NCBI RefSeq assembly: GCF_030028105.1
Contig: NC_092370.1
Span: 75,008,098-75,072,097, forward strand
Direction of reading: 5' to 3'
Length of the DNA: 64,000 bases
Source: Mobula birostris
Lineage: Eukaryota
Part shown: in pieces, positions 53,267 through 64,000 of the stretch
Numbering within the stretch: position 1 is the first letter of the stretch
How the letters are laid out: each line of letters begins with the position of its first letter
Made by a program: the position numbers and the translations under genes
Notes under the pieces: generated by a model
Told to the model about the DNA's origin: nothing
The model's input: only the letters and a program-made list of their open reading frames with translations
Database searches by the model: none

Positions 53267-55731
53267 AGTGGGTGGTTGGAACACACTTCCATTGACAGTG
53301 GTTGAGGTTGATACAATAAGGACATTTAAAATACTTTAAATATGGACAGATGTGAGAAAGATGGTGAATTATGGGCTATATTGAGGGAAGCATTGGATTG
53401 ATCATGGAGTAAGTTTATATCAGTCAGCACATCATAGACTGAGGGGCCTGTGCTGTGATGTATTGTCATTCTATGTCACCTCACTGTCCTGCATTCCAAG
53501 GAATTAAAGTCCCAACCTGTCCAACTTCTCCTTTTAACTCAGGTCTTCAAGGCCTGGCAGTATTTTTGTAAATGTTTGTCTATGGTGTGCCTCTCCATTT
53601 TCAGGCTAGGTAATATGCTAGTTGGTAAGGATTCAATACTTTATCATGGAGATTTCAAGATAGTTTCATTAAAGTGTTTCCTCTGGAAATCTTTGTGGAG
53701 GTCAGAGCAGTGCACATTTCAGGTGGAACTGATGTTGAACAGTGGGCATTGAGTCACCAATCATGCAGTGACTTTGGAGAATTTTGCACCAATTCAGTAC
53801 TGAGGTGCCAGCTGCATTTTGTCTGAAGAATACAGGAGATCATTGTTGCTTGGTAGACAGTGAACAGTGCTGAGTTGATTTCTTCGATATCAAATACTTC
53901 TCTCAACTGGTCAAAGGTAGAACTGATAAATGGGAGCAGCAATATATTTACACCCTAGAGCATTACACTATTGTCAATTAGTCCAAACTTTCCAACCCAG
54001 ACCTTGCCTTCCATTTCCTTCCCATTTCTGTGCATGTTTATTATTAATTTTCTAACTGTTGCTGGTTTAAAAGTTAATTGTCACAACAAAATTATTTTCC
54101 CCTCTTCCTATAGATGCAACCCAATCTGCTGAGTATTTCCCACAGATTTTTGACCCAAGATTTTGGCTATGTCACTATAAATGTCCAAGAGTGTTTCTAT
54201 CCAAGCATGAATCCTTTGCTCAATCACTTCCCCTCAAGTCACCACCTTGACTAATCCAAGATCCATAGTCTGTACACTTTAATCATTATCCCATAATCAA
54301 AATAAAACTACTTTTGATATTACTATTTGATCACACCTTAACACAAGATGGAGTTAAGCAATTTAACTTATCGGCTCAGTCAGCATCTGCAACCCTCACA
54401 TCTGAGGATTTCAGAACATTCAGCCCATTCCGCTGAGCACTGGCACTCCTCAAGGCTGTGTGCACAGCCAGCTGCTGTTCACACGACTGATGCATGACTA
54501 TCGTAGGGTCCAGCTCAACAACAGTGGTTGGTCTTATCAAGAATGATTACAAGATGGAGTATAGAGGAAGTAGAGTGGCTGGTGGATTGGTGTAAGAACC
54601 ACCAAAGCCTGAATGTGGAGAAGACAGAGGAATTAATTGTAGACTTCAGGAAAATGCAGGCAAACCATCCCCCTCTATGAATACATGGCTCCTCCACAGA
54701 AAGTTAAGTGCACCAAATTCCTTGGAGTTCACATCACAGATGACCTCACTTGGTCCCTCAATATCACCTCACTGACCAAGGCACAGCAGTGCCTCCACTT
54801 TCCAAGAAGATTGAGGCAAGCAAAGTTCTTTCCACTGCCCACCCACCCCTACCCCCAAAATCTTAACTGCATTTTACAGAAGTATTTTTAAGGATCCCAT
54901 CCATTCATCATCCCCTTTGATTTTCTACCAAAAGGCAAGAGACTACAATGCACAAAAATGAATATAGTCAAGATGAAACAGTTTCTTCCCCCAGGCCATT
55001 AGGCTTCTGAACTCCCCGCTGCATTGTATTCAAAGTGCCACTAGTTAGTCTGTTCTGTACCTTACAATATTTAATATTAATGCACTTTAGTTTGTTACTT
55101 ATGTGTGATTAATCTGTAGATTTTATACTTACCTTATGTTTTGTGCTTTTCATCCTGGTTTGGAGAAATGTTGTCTGTTTCTATATACATTATACGGTTA
55201 TACATGTATATTATATATACTTCAATGGCAATAACCTTCACTTGAACTAGTTGAGCTACAGCTTTGCATCCCTTTGAGATCCATTTCCAATCAGCCCAGA
55301 ATAATCAGTGGTGATGCAAGGTTTCAACCCAAAACAACTCCTCTTTTCATCCTCAGATCTCTCATGAGTCAGAGTTCCTCCAATAGATTGTTTATTCCTT
55401 CAGATTCCAACATCAGCAGTCTTTAGTGTTTCCATAATCCTTGCTGAGCCCATTTATAATGTACCAACCCCCTTTGTACCAGCTTCCCTCCATTCTATCC
55501 CCCCATGCTAAGAAATGCCTTGGTCCCTTTAATTCCTACACTGATCATGTGTCAGGCAACTGTTCCTTGCCTGGTATCACTGAAATTCCATGGTTATGGA
55601 AACAGCACCAGGGTAAGTGGGATGAAACAAATCACTTAAGGCAAGGGCCAAATGGACACTTGCTGCAAAATTAAAGTTTGAGGTGTAGGAGAAACTACAA
55701 GACAGGTGAGATCATGTCCAAATACAACTTT

Positions 55732-55737
55732 TTTAAT
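55732..55737 (-). terminator. Polyadenylation signal ATTAAA of actin B
   Basis: About 540 nt after the stop, in the same AAACATTTAAT(A/T)AAAA context as copy A. Confidence 0.55.
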
Positions 55738-56278
55738 TAAATGTTTGAGAATAACCACAGGTAAGCTGTGATTGACTACTTTACAAGAGAACTTATTCCC
55801 TTCCCTCATCCCCCAACCCACTCAGGATCACCAGCTGTTACATAGTTCACACATTTCCTACAGCATCCCATGCCAAATTATACAGAATGGAAAGTTCAGC
55901 CACTGAACCTGCGTATGGAGATTGGCTTCAAGTTCTTGGATCCTCCTGTGACAATTTAGAACTTCATGGTCAAAACAACAAAATTTGCTACTTCCATACA
56001 TTGAGTTAGTGATCACAAATGCTTTTGTCAGTTTAAAAACTTCAGAGCACCGAATTTTATGTAAGGATAGAGTATGACTATCACTGGCTTCCAACTTGAA
56101 TAAAAATCTCCAATATGTCAGAACATCCAAAGCAATCTGTCCTCAGCTTGTTCTGAACCCACACTAGGAGAATTCAAGAATGAGGAGCAATCACCACCAC
56201 ACCACCCCAACTTCAAGTTGCAAAAACAAATAAAGATACAATTTAGTCAAGGTTAAATCAGTTCTAATCTCCAACAAA

Positions 56279-57283
<1,005 letters not shown>

Positions 57284-59364
57284 CTAGAATGGAGAAACAG
57301 GGCAAAGGGTGATTGAATGCATTCAGGCTCTCACGACCAGACTGTGCAACAGTTTCTTCCCCCAAGCCATCAGACTCAATACCCAGAGTCTAGACTGACA
57401 TCTACATCATTTATTATTATATTGCAATTTGTCCTCTGTGCCTATTGTCTTGGTTATTAATTATTGTACTGCCCTGCACTGTTTTGTGCACTTTATGTAG
57501 TCCTGTGCAGGTCTGTAGTCCAGTGCAGTTTATGTTATTTTACGTAGTCTAGTGTAGCCTTGTGCTGTCTCACATAATTTAGTGTAGTTTTATGTTGTTT
57601 CATGTAGCACCAGGGTCCTGGAGGAATGTTTTGTTTTTACTGTGTACTGTACCAGCAGCTTATGGTCGAAATAACAATAAATGTGACTTGATCAGGAGAG
57701 TCGAAGCAACTGGATATTTAATACAGAAAAGGTGGAATATCAAATAACATTGTGTAAACTATTGAGGCAAATTTTTTTTCCTGTGAGGCACCTGCATCTA
57801 TGCAATTAGGATCACCAAAATGAAAAGTTCAGTAATGGTTTAAGTGGCTGAAAGACCTTGTCTGCAGTTATTTTTAGTTTATTGGAAGCCATTCTTAAAC
57901 AGCACATATTGGGGTTCAAGTATGGGAAGTACATTATCCAAAGAGTATACACTGATAACTCAAAGCACAGTACTTTTAAACAACTTCCTCAACCGGGGAG
58001 ACATACCTTGTTCACTCTGGATGTGATGGCCGTTGGCCGTTATTAGCTATTGTTCAAACCTATTTGCCTGTAGGATTCTGTTGTTCTAGAGTAGGAAGTA
58101 CAGCAAATATACAACCTCCAAGGATCTTATGTATTTGCATTTCAGACTATCAAATTCAATTATCAACTTGCCAGAGAATTGGAACTCCACTAGATGAGTC
58201 ACCCAGTAATTAACAACTGCACTTTTTTTTTCCCCTCCCTTACAGAAACACCTCCATGATGCTAAGCTAGGGCACATCATCAGTGATGTTACCTGGGGTC
58301 GTCAGGTGTTTCAGGTCTTTCAACATCATACACCCTCGCCCAGGTGACCCGACTGGGGTAAGACCCTTGGAAGGCAACCAAACCAGAAAATTCAGTTCAA
58401 GCTGCAAACACTGTAGCAAAATATTAGCAATGTAACAAGATAGTGTTCTGATTACACTTTTCCCCAAGAGTTTGATGTGGAACAACCACTCATGCCCATG
58501 TTTACCACTTTTTCCCAACAGATTGGGTTGTACTTGTATGCAGTGCTTAAACAGTGTGCCTCTTACTGACTTCAAACTGCTTAGTTAGAATCAACAGCAC
58601 ACCTGTAGAGCAAAAAAAACAGGTAGAAAAATGGCAATAGCCCAAGAATAATTGAAAGGCACAGAATTTCTTCATTTCATTGTGTATAACAGGAGCCAGC
58701 CAATTATTCTATAGTTCAAGTTTGTAGCTAAATCTAGTCAGTACTATTTAACCTATTCCTAGCCAATCCATCCTCAATATTCACTTCTACTACCTTTAGA
58801 TATCAAAAAATCTTCCCTCATCTTGAGAAAAATAGCTTTTTTTTTTTATAAAAGAGGTGAAGTAAAAAAAAAAAAGGAGCACTGACAGCATTCTCAGGAC
58901 TTTAGGGCAAAATGACTTCTGGTCACATTAGTCATTACAAGTGATCACAATACTGCAGTGATGAATCAAGGATTAAATAAGCGCTATTGTTCAGATAACC
59001 AGTTGAATCAGACATCAATTTATTGGAATAGTCACTTAGCAAAAGAGTTTGTCAAAAGACACTAGTATGTCATGGTGGGACTTTGATTACAATACAAGTT
59101 GCAAATTGGCACACAATGAATTTTGTTGTACTTATCAATGCACCCCCCCCCCATCCCGCCCAAAAGGAGGATACATTCATTGGATGTATCACTTATGGCA
59201 GAGCCACTATCATGGAACAGGCCAGGAAAAATTGGAAAATAACACTTCTTCCCCCCTCCATTGCAAGAAATTTATTCAAATCTTAGGATCCCCTTAAGCA
59301 GGACACTCCAATCACATCTAGAAGACATACCACAGAGCCTAGAATCACAAGAAAAGGATTCAAC

Positions 59365-61700
59365 TATATCACAAGATATAGGAGCAGAATTAGGCTATAT
59401 AACCCATCAAGTCTGCTCTGCTATTTCCTTATAGCTGACCCATTTTCCTGTCAGACCTAATCTCCTGTCTTCTCCCCGTATCACTTCATGTCCTGACTAA
59501 TCAAGAATCTGTCAACCTGTCTTAAATATAGCCAATGACTTAGCCTCCACAGCTGCCTGTGGCAACAGATTCCACAGATTCACCATTCTCAAGCTAAAGA
59601 AATTCCTCCTCATCTCCATTCTAAATGGACATCCTTCTATTCAGAGGCCAAGTCCTCTGGCCTCAAGACTCCCCCACCACAGGAAACATCCTTTCCACAT
59701 CCACTCTATGGAGGCCTTTCAACATTCAATAGTTTTCAATGAGATTTCCCCCCCTTCTCTGACTTAGTGAATACGTACCCAGAGCCATCAAATACTCCTC
59801 ATAAGCCTTCAATCCTGGAATCTCATTTTTGGGAGTCTCTTTTGAACCCTCTCCTATGTTAGCACATCCCTTCTTAGATTAGGGACACAAAACCACTCAA
59901 TACTCCAAGTGAGGTCTCACCTGTGCCTTAGAAAGCCTCAAAATTACATCCTTGCTTTTATATTCTAGTCCACAAAATTAATGCTAACATTGCATTTGTC
60001 TTCCTTACCACTCAACCTGCAAATTAACCTTTAGGGAAATCCCTTTTTACCTCAGATTTTTGAATTTTCTCTCCATTTAGAAAATAGTCTATGCTTTTAT
60101 TTCTTCTATCAAAGTGCATGACCATACACTTCTCACTGTATTCCATCTGCTACTTCTCTGCCCATTCTTCTAATCTGTCTAAATCCTTCTTTAGCCTCTG
60201 CTTCCTCAACGCTACCTCTGGCATACTGCTAGTGTCTTCCACAGTGAAGACTGATGAAAAATACTTAATCAGTTCATCTGCCATTTCCTTGTCCCCAGTA
60301 CAACCTCTCGAGCATCATTTTCCAGCAGTCAAATATCTACTCTTGTTTCTCTTTTATACATCTGAAGGAACTTTTGGCATCCCCTTTAATATTACTGGCT
60401 AGCTTATATTTGTATTCCATCTTTTTCTTCTTTATGACATTTTAGTTGCCTTCTGTTGGTTTTTAAAAAACTTTTCAATTCTCCAAGTTCCCACTAATTT
60501 TGCTCTATTATAGGCCCTCTTTGGCTTTCATGTTGGCTTTGACATCTCATCAGTCATGGTTGCATTATTCTGCCTTAGAATACTTCTTTGGGATGTGCTA
60601 CAGCGTCCAAGTTGTTCCCAGGAAATCCAGCCATTGCTGCTTTGCCATCATCCCTACTAGTGTTATCTTCCAAACAATTTTGGCCAGCTCCTCCCTCATG
60701 CCTTTAATTCACTTCACCCTACTACAGTACCGATACATCTGACTTCAGCTTCTTTCTCAAATTGCAGGGTGAATTCTAGCATATGATTACTGCCTCCCAA
60801 GGGTTCCTTTATCTAAAGCGTGCTAATCAATTCTGGTTCATTGCACAACACCCAATCAAGAATAGCTGATCCCCTAGTGGGCTCAACCACAAGCTGCTCT
60901 AAAAAGCCATCTTGTAGTCACTTTAGAAAATCCCCCTCTTGGGATCCAGCTCCAACCTGATTTTTCCTATCTACCTGCATATTGAAACCCCCATGACTCT
61001 TGAAACATTGCCCTTTTGACATGTATTTTTATCTCCCACTGTAATTTGTAGACCACATCTTTGCTACTGTTTGGAGCTCTGTGTATAACTCCCATCAGGG
61101 TCTGTTTACCCTTGTCTTTTCTTAGCTCTTCCCACAATGATTCTACACTGATCCTGTTTCCCCCCACCTTAGAATGCCATGAACCCAGTCAAAGACATCC
61201 CTGACCCCAGCACCTGTGAGGCAACATATTAACCTGGTGTCTCTTTGCATCCAGAGTCTCATCTCCATTACAACACACAAAATGCTGGAGGAACTCAGCA
61301 GGCCAGGCAGCACCTATAGAAAAAAGTACAGTCGATGCTTCAGGCCAAAACCCTTTGACAGGACTCCTAAAGGAGTCTGTCTGAAACATAATGGTACTGC
61401 TGAAAGGTTTTAGCCTGAAAGGTTGACAGTACCTTTATCCGCACCACCCCTCCACCCCCATAGCTGCTTCCTGGCCTGCTGTGTTCCTCCAGTATTTTGT
61501 GTGTGTTGTGCTTGGATTTCCAGCATCTGCAGATTTTCTTTCCCCTCCCCCCATCTTCATTACTCTAACTATGGAATCTCCTCTCACTCCTGCAGTCCCC
61601 TTTATCTCTCTTCCCTTCTGAGCCACTGTGCCAGATTCAATGCTAGAGACCCAGTCACTGCGGCTCCGCCCCACTAGTTCATTCCCCTCTGCATCCAAAG
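59365..61700 (-). mobile_element. Internally deleted, decayed CR1 in the actin B intron, with an inverted-pair Penelope-derived insert at ~61272-61551
   Basis: VESLWEELR..TLMGVIHRAPNS endonuclease piece; VRGDSIVR ORF1 piece; insert flanked by CATCT(C/T)CATTAC. Confidence 0.78.
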
Positions 61701-62300
61701 CAGAATTCTTATTAAATCTCTTCTCACTGCTGCTATCAGGAAGGAGGTACAGGAGCCTCAGGACTCACACCACCAAGTTCAGAAACAGTTATTACCCCTC
61801 AACTATCAAGCTCTTGAACCCGGGGGAGGGGGGGGGTATAACTTCACATATCCCATTCCCACAACCTATGGACTCACTTTCAAGGACTCTTCATCTCTTG
61901 TTCTTGATGTTATTTTTTTTTCTTTCTTTTTCTATTGCACAGTTTGTTACCTTTTGTACACTGGTTGTCTGTCCTGTTGGGTGTGGTCTTTCATTGATTC
62001 TATTATGGTTATTAGATTTATTGAGTATGCCCAGAAGAAACTGAATCTCAAGGTTGTATGTATTGTATATGGTGATATATATACACATACACACACACAC
62101 ACACATACATACACTACAGGAATTAAGGCTTGGAAAGATATACTGAAATCTGAGGCTTGCAGACACTGGAATCTGAGGTAACAAACAATCTGCTGGAAAA
62201 ACTCAGCAGGTCAGACAATATCTGTTGCAGGGAAGGGTGGGGGTGTGTAAGAAGTACACAAAGAAAGAAGGAATTATCAACATTTCAGGTGAAAACCCTA

Positions 62301-62459
<159 letters not shown>

Positions 62460-63205
62460 TTAGAGCGTGGAGGGGATGACTAAAAGAGAAAGGGAAAAAA
62501 AAAACAGCATTAATGGTGAGACAAGGACATAAAGCTCACAGAACAGCAATACAGCTGAACGAACTATCTTTACCTTCGACAGATGCTGTTAATGCAGTCC
62601 TCAACACAGCCTACTCCCAGTTTAGCTCTCTCCTTTTAAAGAACCTGAGGCTCCACCCACATTTCTATCATATGAATAGGCTAACCAATGAAAGGTAACA
62701 GGGGTCTTCCTCTCAATCACATATTTAATCAGTCTTATTGTTTTAGTGATATTCACATCTTTAAAAAATGAGCTTAAAAGATTCTCTAAGGAAGTGAACT
62801 TTACTGGCAAAGCTGGAAATTGAGGAGGTAATTACAGTCAACGAAATTGATGGCTCTGGAGTCACATATCAGCCAAATGGCATGTTTCTCTCAACACAAT
62901 TGATCCTCCAGATGCTGGAAATCCAGAGCAACCCATACAAAAATCTAGAGGAACTCTGCAGGTCAGGTAGCATCTATAGAGGGTAATAAATAGTCAATAT
63001 CTGAGTCCTTCATCAGGACCGCTGATAAAGGGTCTTGGTCAAAAACGTTGACTATTTATTCCCCTCCATGGATGCTACCTGACTTGGTGACTTTTTTTTC
63101 TTGAAGGATATTAGTAAACTAGTGAAAAAATTACGACAATCTGGTAACTTTATGGAAACAAGTATTTTATTTTTAATTAATTCATTCATTGAGTGAGGGA
63201 AAACC

Positions 63206-63341
63206 GCCAGGACACCAAGAGTTAAACCCTTTTGAATTCCGCCAGCTCACAAACTGCAGAGACTTTACCTTATTTGGTAATTAACCTGCAGAGGCTATTG
63301 TGCCACACCTTGTCAGTTAAGGAGACAGAGCAAGTCCCAAT
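63206..63341 (-). promoter_or_regulatory. Actin B conserved upstream block with CArG box (63268-63277)
   Basis: 29-nt core CCTTATTTGGTAATTAACCTGCAGAGGCT identical to copy A. Confidence 0.65.
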
Positions 63342-64000
63342 TTGCCTGTGAGTGGGATCTTCCTATCACAGTGAATCATCAGAACAAATGTCACAGTAAA
63401 CAGGGTGTGGGCACCATTCATCCTGTTGTCACTCGTTTGCATAGGAGCCTATTTGCTCTTGGGAGGTGGGCAAGTAGTTATGGTTGAGATTCAATGCTCA
63501 GGAGGTGGAGCTAAACCTCCCCATGGAACTGGTTGGAGTTGCTCACTGGGTCACTTCAGAATGCAGACGGGGCAAAGGAGTGGGTCTGGGACAGAAATCA
63601 CAGAAAACAAAAACATCTGGTCTCATACAATATAATGATCTGCTCTTCCCTATCTCTCCAAGTAAATTTTTTCGACCTGGAGACACAGGAGACTGCAGAT
63701 GCTGGAATCTGGAACAACACAAAATGCTGGAGGAACTGAACGGATCAGGTAGCAACTTAGGAGGGAAATGGACAGTCGATGATTTGGGTCAAGACCCTCA
63801 TCAAAGCTCCATAGGCGCTGCCTGATCCGTTGAGTTTATTTTTATTTAATTATTTACGGATGTGGCGTTGCCAGCTAAGCCAGCATTTATTGCCCATCCC
63901 TAGTTGCCCTTGAGAAGGTGGTGATGAGCTGCCTTCTTGAACCGCTGCAGTCCCTGAGGTGTAGCTACACCCACAGTGCTGATAGGGAGGGAATTCCATG

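Larger units (their letters stand above)
50060..53470 (+). mobile_element. Decayed CR1 ORF2 with nested insertions (Penelope-type repeat ~50668-51070, CpG-rich element ~51559-52105, SINE 53006-53181)
   Basis: RT fragment 51212..51490 and CR1 3' region. Confidence 0.75.

Overview
Vertebrate nuclear DNA, repeat-rich. The repeat families suggest a cartilaginous fish, probably a ray (inference). Three protein-coding genes lie on the minus strand. (1) The first six coding exons (13926->~217) of a UBA + coiled-coil + UBX protein, a probable p97/VCP adaptor that continues off the left edge, with a CpG-island promoter at ~13.9-14.5 kb. (2,3) Two tandem, intact 376-aa actin genes (CDS 40712->35287 and 62456->56279). 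Both start [12 protein letters not shown], carry about 10 substitutions relative to beta-actin that recall invertebrate non-muscle actins, keep only one coding intron, share an upstream CArG block, and show a divergence gradient consistent with gene conversion. The rest is nested mobile DNA: CR1 and Rex1/Babar LINEs, a Penelope element with a minimal hammerhead ribozyme plus about 20 short derivatives (several as inverted pairs), Tc1, hAT MITEs, a solo LTR and tRNA-derived SINEs. Coordinates and difference counts were read by hand; repeat boundaries are approximate.
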